64,000 nucleotides of DNA from Eledone cirrhosa (taxonomy: Eukaryota), in contig OZ024759.1 of NCBI GenBank assembly GCA_964016885.1, positions 28,086,001-28,150,000 on the forward strand. Direction: 5' to 3'. Shown piece after piece: positions 13,467 to 29,145 of the stretch. The notes under the pieces were generated by a model that had not been told where the DNA came from, ran no database searches, and saw only the letters and a list, made by a program, of their open reading frames with translations. Position numbers and translations under genes: made by a program. Position 1 is the stretch's first letter. The number at the start of each line of letters is the position of its first letter.

Positions 13467-14330
13467 AGGCAAAGATGTCTGAAGTGATTGGTGTTGTGCA
13501 ACGAGAAAATAAAAATATAGAAAGAGAAGTCTAGAACCAGAGAGTTTGGTTTAGCTCAAAAGCTAAATGGTGACTTCTTAGAATAAATATTCCACGGTAA
13601 CGCTAAGACAAGGTAAAATGCCTGCTGGATATGGATGACAATCTCCAACATAATTTCCTTTCAACAGTATTGATATTCTTTAGAAATGGTGGAGTTGAGA
13701 AAAGAAGAACTAAAAGGAAAGATGTTTTCTAACGACTTATAATAACAATACTTTCTCCGATATCTGGAGGCGGAGGAGGAGAAGCAGGAGATAGCCAGAG
13801 GTGGCCAGAAGAGGACCTGCCAATATAGTGATGACAAAAATAAATATAAAAATAATGAATCGGTTATATAAACCACAGCTAAAATTACTTTACTTAAAAC
13901 TAAATCATTTTATTTTGTTTTGCTACACAAACTTTCACAAAATGTTTCTTCATTTCAGTTCATTTGTCAGACATGTTATATTCTCGGGAAGTAATGGACG
14001 ATATCAAAGTGTAGACCGTTATTTCTGTACTTCATATATCAGAGATATTTTATTCCTGGAACACAACGATATAAATCTATGTATAGGCTGTTATTTTTAC
14101 ATTTCCTTGGTAATAACAATGTTAGATCTCAGCTTATTCAGATGATTAAATAATGCTATTTAAAATTATAATATAATTATAGTTAATTATTAATAAGGTC
14201 TTTATGGTACACAGAAATACGTCAACTTGGTAAAAAACTTAACCTATTTGTTCTAAGAAGCTCTGCCACTGTAAACATGGGAGATATTTCGTGAGATTTC
14301 AGCATTCAGTTCGGGCTTTAGTTTTCTTAC

Positions 14331-14402
14331 GTCAGCTGATTCAATAAGAGATTGTGTAGTAGGTCTGTTAATGAAATATGGTTTAAAATATGTCAGGGAC
14401 AA
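14331..14402 (-). CDS. Candidate 72-nt exon (alternative acceptor gives 34 nt)
   Basis: TTTTTCTCTCCAG|...GCTGAC|GTAAGA; phase 0 reads LSLTYFKPYFINRPTTQSLIESAD. Confidence 0.35.
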
Positions 14403-15077
14403 CTGGAGAGAAAAACCGTTGTGTTGTGCTGTGTGTTGTGTTGTATTTTGTTGTGCATTGTGTGTTGTGCTGTGTGTTGTGTTGTGGTGTGTTTTTTGTT
14501 GTGTAAATGAATTAAAAACAATGGACGACTGTGGCAACTGCAATTAATTTAATTATTAAGTGAGGCAACGGAGGAAAATAAACAAAAAAGTAAAGCAAAA
14601 GGAAGGAAAACTAGAAGATAAAATATTTCCCCAACAAATAAATGTCCTCATATATTTACAAAGTGACAAGGACAAATATCTTATTAAATTGGATATTATA
14701 GAAATACTGCTATTTATTGAACCTAGTTCCAGTTGTGTAATAAATTATATTCTCCATTGTAATTTGTCACACAAGTAAAACGTTTGTAAAATAAATTGAA
14801 ATATTTCTCAAGATAAATGTGATAATCTTGCCAGTAGTTGAGAAGGGTGTGGTGATCTTTAGGTAATAAAATAGGCCTGGATCAATGTTTTATATGTTAT
14901 GTATGTTAAACAGACAAAATGTGATATGATATGGATACATAAATAACCAGAGCTTTTACTGTTATTGATGTAAGAAGATAGGAGAAGATAGGAGACTAAC
15001 AAGCTAGGTGTACTGATAACGTTTAGAAACCTGTTTATGGCTGCTTAGTATACATGCATATTACTATATATATATAT

Positions 15078-15328
<251 letters not shown>

Positions 15329-15362
15329 TATATATATATGTACATATATATATATATATATA

Positions 15363-15422
<60 letters not shown>

Positions 15423-15624
15423 GTGTGTGTGAGTGAGTGAGAATATGTGTCTTATGTATGTATGAGTATGTGTGTATGTGTGTTTGTGTGTGTGTGAATA
15501 TGTGTGTCCGAAACGTGAGAAATGTGTGACAATCTTCCTGCTATTTCAAGCGTATATTTCTTCCATATACTCTTCTGATTCTGTTGTTATTTCTGTTTAC
15601 CTTTTACACGCATACACACACACG

Positions 15625-15660
<36 letters not shown>

Positions 15661-15738
15661 AATATATAAATATATAAATATATATATATATATATAAATA
15701 AATATATATATATATATATATATATATTTATTAAATTA

Positions 15739-15814
15739 ACAGATTAAAGTTTAAGCAAAGAATCGCTGCTTTCACCCTTAACGGGATCTTCTGAAACTAA
15801 CAAAGTCAATCTGT
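15739..15814 (-). ncRNA. Hammerhead-like motif with CAGAAGA (U4A) core
   Basis: ACAGATTGA..AGTTT-CAGAAGA-TCCC-gttaa-GGGT-GAAA-GCA..TGC-TT|AAACT-TTAATCTGT; followed by an oppositely oriented family tail to about 15870. Confidence 0.65.
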
Positions 15815-15866
15815 ATTTATCCTTATCGAGCCCTCTTTGGATTTTAGTCTTCAATTTTATTATTAT

Positions 15867-15943
<77 letters not shown>

Positions 15944-15967
15944 TAATATATATATATATATATAAAT

Positions 15968-16020
<53 letters not shown>

Positions 16021-16037
16021 AATAAATATATATATAT

Positions 16038-16552
16038 AAAAACAGGGAGAAAAAAACGATTATTAGGAAGAAAAATATATTTTATTCCCTTTTTATTTCT
16101 ATCTCTCTCTTTTCTTGGTTAGAAAATGATTAAAACGAAATATTTTACTTTGTGTGAAGTGTTAAGGTATTAGTTGATTTATTTATTAATTAACAATGGC
16201 ATTTATTTATTTATTTATATATTTGATAATTGTCTATTACCGGTTTCAGCCATTATTCTTTCTGCACCATTTCTTTAACATGTCCAACACCACAATTCTA
16301 CACCAATACATATTATTATCATTTGATAATGCATAAACATTCTGAAACCGGTAATAGACAATTATTAAATAAATAAATAAATAAATAAATAAATGCCATT
16401 GTTAATAAATAAATCAATTAATACCTTAACACTTCACACAAAGTAAAATATTTCGTTTTAATCATTTTCTAACCCAGAAAAATGAGAGAGAGAAATAAAA
16501 AGGGAAAAAATATATTTTTCTTCCTAATAATCGTCTTTTTCTCCCTGTTTTC
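16038..16552. mobile_element. Fold-back Penelope-like terminus (about 210-bp arms) with degenerate U3-A8 HHR
   Basis: 16038-16249 is the reverse complement of 16342-16552; TTGATAA...GAAACCGGTA at about 16323-16353. Confidence 0.75.
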
Positions 16553-16627
16553 ATATATATATATATATATATATATCCTAACTTGTGTGCTTCCTCTCCA
16601 CATTTTATTATTATTATTATATATATA

Positions 16628-17495
16628 TGTGGTGTGTCAGAAAAGTTCCAGGACTGATGTCACAAAAGATTTATTTTAAACCCAAACTTCACACTAAGAG
16701 TTTTCTCCTGGAGTATGAAACTGTAATTTTAGCTCTCTGCAGCGATCAAACTTTTTTCTTCATAATTTTATATACATGTCCTGTTTCAGGTCGTCAAGCA
16801 ATGAGCACAGAGCAACGAACAAACTTGAAGTTTCTGGTACGGTTGGGGAAAACTCCGTCAGAAGCACTGGGATTGCTGCAACAAGTGTATGGAGATGAGA
16901 CGATGTCACGCTCACAGGTTTTTGAGTGGTGCAAGATGACCCCCAGGAGCGGAAGGACTCAACAACCAGGACTGAGGTCAACGTTGAGCGCGTCAGGCAG
17001 ATGGTGCGTAGCGATCGTCGGCTGACTGTTTGACTGATGGCAAATGAGCTGGGCATGAATCGGGACAGCGTCTGGAAGATTCTCACTGAAGATTTGGTCA
17101 TGCGGAAAGTCTGCGCGAAGATGGTGTCAAAACTGCTGAACGATGACCAGAAGGGTCGACGCATGCAAGTGTGCCAGGACATCCTCGAGTGTCTTGAAAC
17201 CGAACCAGACTTGCTAGGGACAGTCATCACCGGTGATGAGTCATGGATCCTCGAGTACGACCCGGAGGGGACCCGTTTTGAAGACGTGGACGACATAAAA
17301 AAGGCCGTGACGACGGAACTGCGGAGGATCCCGGAAGAATCCTTCCAGCAGTGCATGCAAGCGTGGCAGAAAAGGATGGAAAAGTGCATTAGACTCCAGG
17401 GGGATTACTTTGAAGTAGACAATTCCTAGTGTGAAGTTTGGGTTTGAAATAAATCTTTTGTGACATCAGTCCTGGAACGTTTCTGACATACCTCG
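16628..17495 (+). mobile_element. Non-autonomous mariner transposon with internally deleted transposase pseudogene
   Basis: TA flanks, TIRs of about 70 bp or more; frames encode MSTEQRTNLKFLVRLGKT.., RKVCAKMV.., ITGDESW..YDPE joined directly to GTRFEDVDDIK..QGDYFE; frameshift and stop. Confidence 0.95.
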
Positions 17496-17547
17496 TATAT
17501 AATATATATATAAATAAATAAATATAAATATATATATATATATATAA

Positions 17548-17590
<43 letters not shown>

Positions 17591-18039
17591 AATGTGTGCT
17601 TGTCCTGTGCAGGTACATATGACTGAAAGACACACTCACAACCTTCAACCCGTATAAAAATATCTATCTAGTTATCTCGTTTATAGCTTGCTATTAACTA
17701 CTTATTATTCGTGATATTTGCCAGATAAAATGTAGTGAAATAACCAAGATATAAAAATCTCATTACGAAGACATTTTTCTGATTTCATATTTAGATTCAA
17801 GTGACATTCTTAGTAGCCCCCAAACCAAACATGGCGTCCCATGTCGTCTGGTCAACTTCTGTCATGACATTCAAATTACATCTTTCTAGATTCACTCAAT
17901 CAGAAGTTAATAATCAAAGAAGTTGCTATTTATTTCTTGTCTCTGTCTCTGTCGCTTTTCATCTCTTTCATTTCCTCCGCCACGTTTTATATAGTGTACA
18001 TCATTCTCTCTCTATATATATATATATCTAACCCCCCCC

Positions 18040-18072
<33 letters not shown>

Positions 18073-18429
18073 CTATATGTATAAATGCAGGGATGATTAC
18101 AACTAAGGCATGAAAATAAATCATTTTAAGAGAGAAATTTCTTTTATATTTATATATTTCCACAAATGAGAGAAAACTGATGTTCAAGAAAGGCAAGATT
18201 TTTAAACTTCTTAATTGGACTGACGTGAGTAATTACTGGTATATTTTATAGAGTTCAATTCTTATGATAACCTTAATATCAAATAACTAGACACTTGACA
18301 AGTTTCCTCGTTAATCGAATTTGCATTTCTATATTGATCGATTCACTTTTTCGTTGTATTTTCGATTTCTTTTCCTTATACTTTCACCCGTGTAGGACAT
18401 CTCGTTTTCTTTCATAAAAAAAAACCTTC

Positions 18430-18477
<48 letters not shown>

Positions 18478-18487
18478 CACATTGCCA

Positions 18488-18562
18488 GTCTGAAGAGCAG
18501 ATCGATAATGGAGTCGGATCCATGACCTCGAGCCAATCCTCTGCTAAACGAACGTAACAGGT
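18488..18562 (+). ncRNA. Decayed hammerhead ribozyme (G12 to T)
   Basis: CCAGT-CTGAAGA-GCAGA...TCTGC-TAAA-CG-aa-CG-TA|ACAGG then AATAAA, next to (TA)n. Confidence 0.6.
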
Positions 18563-18696
18563 CGATACACAATAAATATCTTTTATATGTAAACCAAACT
18601 TCTTCATTTTTTTCTTCTATATACACTTTGCCTGTTCATAGAGTGATTGCTTTTGTACCAACACCAGTAATTCACTGTAACTCCTACACTATATAC

Positions 18697-18775
<79 letters not shown>

Positions 18776-19799
18776 GTGTAACACACACACATTCCCAAAT
18801 ACTCACATACACACAAACACATGCACACATACACACACACACACATATATATACATATATATACATACATAAACACACACACACCTACACATACCCACAC
18901 ACCTATACATACCCACAACATATATGTATTATAAATGTCATTCTCTGTAGATTTTAATACCTGAAATACTTCAATGTAGATCATTAACTTTCTAAATAAA
19001 GATCCCACAGCCTCGTTTAATTATCAAACACTCATTAAACTGTAGTTAATTACAGCCAGTGATCTTAATTAAAATATTTTCCTGCTTCAGTGGTTAATTG
19101 TTCAATATGTTTGGTCGCCAGACCTGATATATAAACATCAATTTAGATTATAATAAAAATAAAACATCTCTGATGTATTGAAGCGTAAGTGTGTCTGTTG
19201 TGGTATGTGTGGGTATGTTGTTGTGTGTGTGTGTGTGGGTATGTTGTGTGTGTAAGTGTGTCTGTTGTGGTATGTGTAGGTATGTTGTTGTATGTATATG
19301 TATGTGTAAGCGTGTGTGTGTGTCTGTTGCAGTATGTGTTGGTATGTTGTTGTATGTATGTGTAAGTGTGTTTGCTGTATGTGTGGGTATGTTGTTGTAT
19401 GTGTGTGTATGTTGTTGTATGTGTGTGTATGTTGTTGTATGTGTGTGTATGTTTTTTAAATGGACAGAAAGAAGAGTTGAAATCCATAACTTACATGGTT
19501 GAGAGTTCCACGATAGGAACAACCGGTGCAGCCTTGGGGAGATTTACAGCTAGGGGAGATTCCGGCTTCCAGAGATATCTACCTTGAGGACACATTTGAG
19601 ATGTAATAAGTAGATGGAGGGATAGATAGACTCATACCATCTGAGGTAGTCGTAGGGGCACCGTATTGATATATGGCGTTTCTAGGGCATTAAAAAAAAC
19701 CTGTTGGAATCCATCTCCTCTCCAGGCGTGAATATAGCATTTCTTCCAGAGGAGGACAGAGTGTGAGAGAATATTAGCGAGAAAGAGATATAGATGAAG

Positions 19800-19975
19800 A
19801 ATCGACCCCAGTACTTGACTGGTACTATTTTATCCACGTTGAATGGATCGAAGGAAAACTTAACCTCGGCCGGATTTGAACTCAGAGATTAGAGAGTCTG
19901 AACAAATACCGCAACGCATTCTATCCAACGCATATCTCCTCTCCAGGTCTGAACAGATTTCTGCAAGAAAAACAT

Positions 19976-20040
<65 letters not shown>

Positions 20041-20345
20041 GTAAAAAAGTCATATGGAGAAAGAAGAATCGACCCAAGTACTAGACTGGTACATTTTTAT
20101 CAATCTTAAATGGATGAAAGGCAAAGCTGACCTCGACGGAAGTTGAACACAGAGAACAGAGAACCCGAAGGAATACCGCAAATTATTCTATCTGACGTTC
20201 TGATGACTCTGCTAATTTGCTGCCTGCAAGCAACAAATAATTGTTTCTACTTTCAGCACAAGGCCAGCAATTACCCAGAATTGGTGCTTTATTTTACCGA
20301 TCCTGTGAGGATGAAAGGCAAATTTAACCTCGGACGTATTTGAAC
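19800..20345 (-). mobile_element. Cluster of three diverged or partial SINE copies
   Basis: Repeated ACTGGTAC..GGATG.AAGG.AAA.TT.ACCTCG.C.GA.TTGAAC. Confidence 0.75.
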
Positions 20346-20371
20346 TTCAGCCATTATCTACAATAAGTAGA

Positions 20372-20560
20372 TAATTGTTTCTACTTTTGGCACAAGGCCA
20401 GTAATTACCCAGTACATTACTGGTACTTTATTTTATCGACCTCGTAAGGATGAAAGGCAAAGTTAACCTCGGCGGGATTTGAACTCAGATCGTAAAGGGA
20501 CGTAACTATGCTACAAAGCATGGCGTCCGACTCTCTACCGATACTGCCAATTCACCACCC
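20372..20560 (-). mobile_element. Young full-length SINE with 17-bp target-site duplication
   Basis: TACAATAAGTAGATAAT at 20359-20375 and 20564-20580. Confidence 0.9.
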
Positions 20561-20927
20561 CTATACAATAAGTAGATAATGGCTGGAAATGATGTTATAT
20601 GAAGGAAGGTTGAGTTATCTCCCGATGTTTTATGTACCGATGTATTAGAGAAGTTTCACGAAATTATTTCAGAAACTTTTAATTTTCAACCATTTATATC
20701 CAGTGACCAATACCATTTGTCATGTCTGACTATAAACTACAGTAATAATATATTGTTTTATACTGAATCTATATCTAAAAATACTAATACCTCATTCAGT
20801 AACAGTCGCTCCCCATCACCCCTCTCTATCTGTCTGTTTGTCAGTTTACCTATCTGTATTTATAGTATTATATTATTCAATAATTCTTTCTATATCATAT
20901 TCAAATACACACATATACATAATCACA

Positions 20928-20960
<33 letters not shown>

Positions 20961-20962
20961 AA

Positions 20963-20998
<36 letters not shown>

Positions 20999-21000
20999 AA

Positions 21001-21095
<95 letters not shown>

Positions 21096-21239
21096 GTATA
21101 TATATATATGTATATATGTATATATATATATGTATATATATATATGTATATATATATATGTATATATATATATGTATATATATATATGTATATACATATA
21201 TGTATATACATATATGTATATATTAATACACGCACACAA

Positions 21240-21276
<37 letters not shown>

Positions 21277-21394
21277 AACACCCATGGCAAACGAAAGCTC
21301 AATAAATATGTAATTATACCGTTTATATAATAACGTATAAGTATTTCTGTTTTGGGGAATATATAATTACTTATGCAGAACAATTTACATGTGC

Positions 21395-21443
<49 letters not shown>

Positions 21444-21465
21444 CACGTGTTTATTTGTATGTATG

Positions 21466-21528
<63 letters not shown>

Positions 21529-21561
21529 TATGTATATATGTATATACATATGTATATATCC

Positions 21562-21592
<31 letters not shown>

Positions 21593-21594
21593 TG

Positions 21595-21627
<33 letters not shown>

Positions 21628-21953
21628 TTACATACGTATATCCACACACAGACACACATATATATATATAGAGAGAGATACATATATGTGAATATATATA
21701 TATACGTATATATATGTAGATATTTATGTGTACGTATATATATATGTATGTGTATATATGTATATATGTATATATGTATGTGTATATATGTATGAATATA
21801 TGCATATATATGTGTGTATGTCTGTGTAGAACATAATTGTTGGTCATAGAACATATACTGCAGTCAGGAATATACAGCTATTCCGACACAATATTTTGTC
21901 TTCAAAACTTATTATGTATGGTCATGTTTTCATTCTGGAAGATGAGGAGAGGA

Positions 21954-22082
<129 letters not shown>

Positions 22083-22158
22083 TATCTATCTACCTACCTA
22101 CCTACCTACCTAGCTACCTACCTACCTACATCTCATCTTATATAATCGGTCGAGCTGT

Positions 22159-22212
<54 letters not shown>

Positions 22213-23216
22213 GTATATATATATATATGTGTGTAACATATATATTCATATTCATATAAATATATTCATGTATATATATGTATATATATATTTATGTAAT
22301 ATATATATATATATATTTATGTAATACATATATATATATATTTATGTAATATATATATATATATGTATATATATGTATATATATAAATATTTATGTAATA
22401 TTTATATATATATATTTATGTAATATATATATATATATATATATATTTATGTAATATATATATATATATATTTATGTAATATATATATATATATATATTT
22501 ATGTAACATATATAAATATTTATTTAATATATATATATATATATTTATGTAATATATATATATATATATATTTATGTAATATATATATTTATATAATATG
22601 TATATGTAATATATATATTTATATAATATGTATATATATATATATATATATATCTCACACAGATCTCCACACAACCACACGACAAAATACGATACGACAT
22701 AAATCTGTTCTTCCATATAAGCCTGGTCTAATACACTGACATACGAAGCCTATTAGAGACTCTAATTATCAATATATCAAAATCAATGGCTAATTTTACG
22801 CAGGCGATAGATGAGAGTTAAACGGTATATATATACTGTATCTATTTACTTCGTCTACAATAGCGCCATACTAACTATGAGACCTTTGTCTCTGCCAATC
22901 GAATACGTTGTTTTAGTGTCACGATTCACTTCACACGACTTCAATTCATAATGAGTGACTGACTGACTGATTCCCAGATATTTCCCAACAATAGACATCG
23001 TTGATTTCTACCCATTCAGTCAGCTGACACGAAAGAAGATAATACAAAAGAAGAAGACAGCACCACAGAGGGAATTGACGAACAGTGGTGGTGTTGTTGG
23101 CCGTGGTGGTTGCGGTGATGGTGGCGATGGTGTTGTGGTTGTGGTGTTCTGTGGAGATGGCGATGGAGGTGGACGATAGTGGAGTTGAAAAAACAAGCAA
23201 TATATATATATATGTA

Positions 23217-23282
<66 letters not shown>

Positions 23283-23435
23283 GTTTATATATATATATAT
23301 ATATGTTTATATATATATATATATATATGTTTATATATATATATATATATGTGTTTATATATATATATATATATATATGTTTATATATATATATATATAT
23401 ATATATGTTTATATATATATATATATATATATGTT

Positions 23436-23466
<31 letters not shown>

Positions 23467-23484
23467 ACATATATGGATATACAA

Positions 23485-23558
<74 letters not shown>

Positions 23559-23590
23559 ACATATATATGTATACATATATGGATATACAA

Positions 23591-23721
<131 letters not shown>

Positions 23722-23750
23722 ACATATATGGATATAGAAGTATATATATT

Positions 23751-23789
<39 letters not shown>

Positions 23790-24052
23790 CTATGCGTGTG
23801 CATTTATATATATTTAATGATTTATGAAATGAGATATATAAATTATTTTGTACACGTTCAATATTTACATACATAGAACAGCATCAGCAGCATCAGTAGC
23901 AGCAACAGCAGCAGCTGCCGAAGCCAACTAAACTGACATATATTGAATAACTGAAGTTGTCTATTAACACTTTGATAAATCATGCAATATCTAAGTTGAT
24001 AGATTTTAGCTGCGAATAGAAGGTTGTAGCGAAAATAAAATAAAACATTGTA

Positions 24053-24142
<90 letters not shown>

Positions 24143-24214
24143 TCTCCACTATATGTCTATTTGTCCCCCTTGTATTTGTCCCCTTCTTTTGTGCCCTCGT
24201 GGCAAATAAATAGA

Positions 24215-24254
<40 letters not shown>

Positions 24255-24315
24255 CTCCAATATATATATATATATTTGGTGGGGGTGTATTTATCTACAT
24301 GTATATATGTATGTG

Positions 24316-24376
<61 letters not shown>

Positions 24377-24549
24377 TATGTATAAATATATGTGTGTGTG
24401 TATATATATATATATACATATATGCATATATATATATACACATATATGTATAAATATATGTGTATATATATATAAATATATGTGTGTGTATATATATATA
24501 TATATAGATATGTGTGTATATATATATATAAATATATGTGTGTATATAT

Positions 24550-24602
<53 letters not shown>

Positions 24603-24850
24603 AATGTATATATATATATATAAATATATATATGTGTATATATATATAAATGTATATATATATATATAAATATATATATGTATGTATATATATATATATA
24701 TATATATAAATATATTTGTGTGTATATACATTGTGTCTCTGGGGAAACTCTCACCAGACACACGACAATACCAATGATTACTAAAGAAACCGTGAAATCG
24801 TTCTGTAAATACTTCTTTGTCAGAACAATAGTTATTACCGTTAATGTAAA

Positions 24851-25508
24851 TAATTGTTTCTACTTTTGGCACAAGGCCAGCAATTATCCCAGTATGTTAC
24901 TGGTACTTTATTTTATCGACCCCGTAAGGATGAAAGGCAAAGTTGACCTCGGCGGGATTTGAACAGAATAGAAAGGGCCGTAACTCTATGCGTCAAAGCA
25001 TAACGTCTGACCCTCTACCGATACTGCCAATCCACCTAATAATGATAATGATAAGTTCTGATTTAGGCATATGTCCAACAATCTGGGGTGAGGGGAGAGT
25101 CGATTAAATCGACCCCAGTGCATTACTGGTATTTTATTTTATCGATCTTATAAGGCTGGCAGGCAAAGCTAACCTTGGCGGGATTTGAACTCAGAACGTA
25201 AAAGGCCGTAACTATATGCCTCAAAGCATGTTGTCCGACGCTCCCCCGATTCTGCCAATGCACCATCCTTTTAGTAATAATAATGATAATGGTTTCTTAT
25301 ATAGGCACAAGGCCAGCAATTTTGGTGGGAGGGGAAAGTCGATTAAATTGACTTGAGTGCGTGACTGGTATTTTATTTTATCGACCCCGTAAGGTATGAA
25401 AGGCAAAGTTAACCTTGGCGGGATTTGAACTCGGATAATAAAGGGCTGTAACTCTATGCTGCAAAGCATAGCGTTCGACCATCTACCGATATTGCCAATC
25501 CACCGCCT
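24851..25508 (-). mobile_element. Three consecutive SINE copies (24851-25036, 25055-25265, 25288-25508)
   Basis: Each has the body motif and reverse-complemented B and A boxes. Confidence 0.85.
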
Positions 25509-25949
25509 TAGTAATAGAAATTATCAATGATTAAATTAAAGGGTGTCGCGATAAAGTACACAAACACCTTCATTTGTACTTAAGTAAAACATACAACTTT
25601 GTATATGGTCAAAAATGGCACCAGCTCAAACCAGAATGTTCGTGCAGGACTTTATAGAGAAGGCCAGGCATCATTGTGGTGGATAGGACTGAGAACAAGT
25701 GTTGAATAGTTAATATATATGTAGGAGGGGGTCCCCTAGAAGACAACTACACTGATTCGAGAGAAGAATTTACTAGATTGGGGGATAAGAACACGAAAAC
25801 GATGCCAATAGTGATAGAAGCATTAGAATCAGTCACCTGAATCTGAGAGTTGTTCTGGAAGACGTTTCGGCTCATGTCTCATTCACAAATACAACCAACA
25901 CTCTTGCATACTCTCTTGAAGTTAAACCACTAATTTGATGGTTTGTTTT

Positions 25950-26149
25950 CGGCAGTCAGGAACTAGGCTCTTGCAAATTATTGCCTCCTATGGCCAAAAT
26001 TGATCCTCAATTTCAATCAATGCTGGATTGAAAATTTCTTCACAGAACTGAATAATGATACCTGGGTTTACCTGTTGAACTGCATGTTTTAAGTCCCCAG
26101 CCATGTTCTCTTGATGTTTCATCCAAAGCTGTAGTGGACTGCCAATACC
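25950..26149 (-). pseudogene. Helitron Rep/helicase linker-region remnant
   Basis: Translates as SPLQLWMKHQENMAGDLKHAVQQVNPGIIIQFCEEIFNPALIEIEDQ, frameshift, LAIGGNNLQE; fits the Helitron P..LW....MxED...N.AL..IED.....GG..L pattern. Confidence 0.7.
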
Positions 26150-26303
26150 TCAATCTGAGAGTGTTTTTTGAAAGACGTTGGCATTTCACCAAATATAACT
26201 ACTCTGTAAACATCATTTGACTTGATTGAGAGATTAAATATTATTCAATCGACATTCTCTTTCCCTTCAAATTATTGGCCTTGTGCCAATAGTCGAAACA
26301 ATT

Positions 26304-26335
<32 letters not shown>

Positions 26336-26503
26336 CAGCATCATCACAATCACCTTCATAGACTGTCAATCTGTTTAGAAGTGTTTATCATATCAACGCT
26401 TTGAGATGCTGGATTTAACCAATTTTAAACCACAAGAAAGAAATTACCTATAAATATAATGTATGTATATGTATGAACATACATACATATATATATATAA
26501 TAT

Positions 26504-26550
<47 letters not shown>

Positions 26551-26557
26551 CAAAGGG

Positions 26558-26589
<32 letters not shown>

Positions 26590-26925
26590 TTAAAAATTCA
26601 TTTTCATAAATGGCCGCTATCTTGGAACATATTGCGGACCTTTCCAAAGGAGTGGTTTATTAATTTCTTATATTCTCTCTAAACATACTCAATATGGCGA
26701 TGCCGAAGCACCCCACCCCCAAACACCACTAGATAAACAAATATATTGAAAGTGAAAGTAATTTCCGCGGAATCTAAACTCGGGAACAAAGAAAGTTCAC
26801 ACCAAAAACGAAAAACAAGGAAAATGTTTCTGGCAGCAAAATACACACAATTTGGAAAAAATGTGTAATATCTTCTTGAAGAGTAACATGGGTGAAAGCA
26901 AATCTAGAGTTGCGTTTAGTGTTCG

Positions 26926-26965
26926 ACTACTGCTGCTGCTGCTACTACTACTATTACTACTACTG

Positions 26966-27028
<63 letters not shown>

Positions 27029-27046
27029 TTACTACTACTGCTGCTG

Positions 27047-27114
<68 letters not shown>

Positions 27115-27123
27115 GCTGCTCTG

Positions 27124-27194
<71 letters not shown>

Positions 27195-27270
27195 GCTGCT
27201 GCTCCTGCTGCGGCTACTACTACTGTTGCTGCTGCTACTACTAGGGCTGCTGCTGCTGCTACTACTGCTG

Positions 27271-27335
<65 letters not shown>

Positions 27336-27453
27336 GCTGTTGCTACTACTACTAGAACTACTAATACTACTTCTGCTGCTAGTACTACTAATACTACTAC
27401 TACTGCTACTACTACTAGTACTACTAATACTACTATTACTGCTCCTGCTGCTG

Positions 27454-27521
<68 letters not shown>

Positions 27522-27531
27522 GCTGCTGCTA
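26926..27531. repeat. (CTA)n/(CTG)n microsatellite
   Basis: About 600-bp trinucleotide tract. Confidence 0.95.
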
Positions 27532-27647
27532 CACAATATTTCCATATGTTATTCTATTTTACTAGTATATCACCAGTAGATATGTCCAGTTTATACTTTA
27601 TGTTACTATTCTTGAAATGTTTCTCATATATTCTACGACATGGAATA

Positions 27648-28155
27648 AAGCCCAGGAAGTACAGCCTCACAATTTAAACCTAAGAACCACTGCTTCACAA
27701 CTTGAACCAAGGAACTACAGCCTCACAACTTAACCCAAGAACCGCTACCTCACAAACGAAACCCAGGAACTACAGCTTCACAACTGAAACCCAAGCACCT
27801 GTAATTCACACCTTAAACCCAAGAACCTCTACCCCACAACTTAAACCCATGGATTACAGCCTCACAACTTAAACCCAAGAACCTCTACCTCATACCTTAA
27901 ACTTAGGAACTACAGCCTCACAACTTAAACCCAAGAACAACCACAGCCTCACCACAACTTAAACCCATGAATTACAGCCTCACAACTTAAACCCAAGAAC
28001 CTCTACCTCACAACCTAAACCCAAGAACCTCTACCTCACAACTTAAACCAAGAACCTCTACCTCACAACTTAAACACAAGAACCACAGCCTCACAACCTA
28101 AACCCAAGAACCTCTACCTCACAACTTAAACCTATGAACTACAGCCTCACAACTT
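27648..28155. repeat. 28-bp minisatellite, about 18 units
   Basis: Unit ACAACTTAAACCCAAGAACCTCTACCTC with an ..GGAACTACAGCCTC variant. Confidence 0.9.
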
Positions 28156-29050
28156 CTCTTACAATATCTTTCTACGTCAGAATATTCCTAGAACTTCTCT
28201 CATATATTCTCTACACTTCTGACATCTCATTCCCCTATTCTCATTTCTCATTCCTTTCTTCTTTCCCACCTTCATCTATTTTCCTTCTATGGTTTCTTCT
28301 ACTTCTACCATATTCAAGACAGTCCTTTTAAGATTTCCAACAACACAACAAATAAACATGTTGCTTCTTTACATTTCCTTTTGTAGTTTGTAGTTAGAAT
28401 ATGCTGACATGAAGAGGCTGTGTTTGCCATTTATTATGGAAGCCTAAAATGACAAGAAACTATCCAGTGATGTTAGTAAGGAATTTATCAAAGGAGATAT
28501 GTTACTAGTGTGTCGTTGTTAGGAAATGAAGACAATTCCAGCTAGTTATATTTCATGATGGTATAAACACATAAATAATGGTTGGTTAAATCCGGTTCTT
28601 CAAAATATATCTAAACACAGAATCTGACTCATTATTCTTATGGTTCACTCTGGTGTTGTTGTTGTAGTTGTTGTTGTTGTTTGTTCTTGATGGTGATAGT
28701 GATGTCGATGATGTTGATTTACTTATAGATCTGTTATAATTTATTATGTGTCAAAAACAGATTTTTATATTTTTTAAAAAGTAAAATATAAACAGTAGAC
28801 ACAGAACCCCCAGATCTTCAGCCATTGAGATGGACTGTGGCAGGTTCGACCCCTACCAATAGTACCCCTGGTTCAACCAGGGTTACAGTGTCTGACATTA
28901 GCCAAATCTCTGCCTTTGGAGTAAGAGACAAGACAAAAGAATGATTTATAGGATTTAAGGTATAACATGAACACATAGAATTTCATGTGATGTCAGGGAG
29001 AAAGTAATGTACATTTTATATATAGACACATCTATCTCTGTATCTATTAT

Positions 29051-29145
29051 TTGGCAGTATCGGTAGAGGGTCGGACGCCATGCTTTCCAACATAGTTACG
29101 TCCCTTTAAGATCTGAGTTCAAATCCCGCCGAGGTTGACTTTGCA
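29051..29145 (+). mobile_element. SINE head fragment
   Basis: A box and B box present; ends at TTGACTTTGC. Confidence 0.8.

Noticed and set aside
28795-28945. VDTEPP.. open frame resembling a HYR-domain start
   Set aside because: Lacks the following CP and W pattern, poor acceptor, and contains a B-box-like GGTTCGACCC more typical of a SINE relic.
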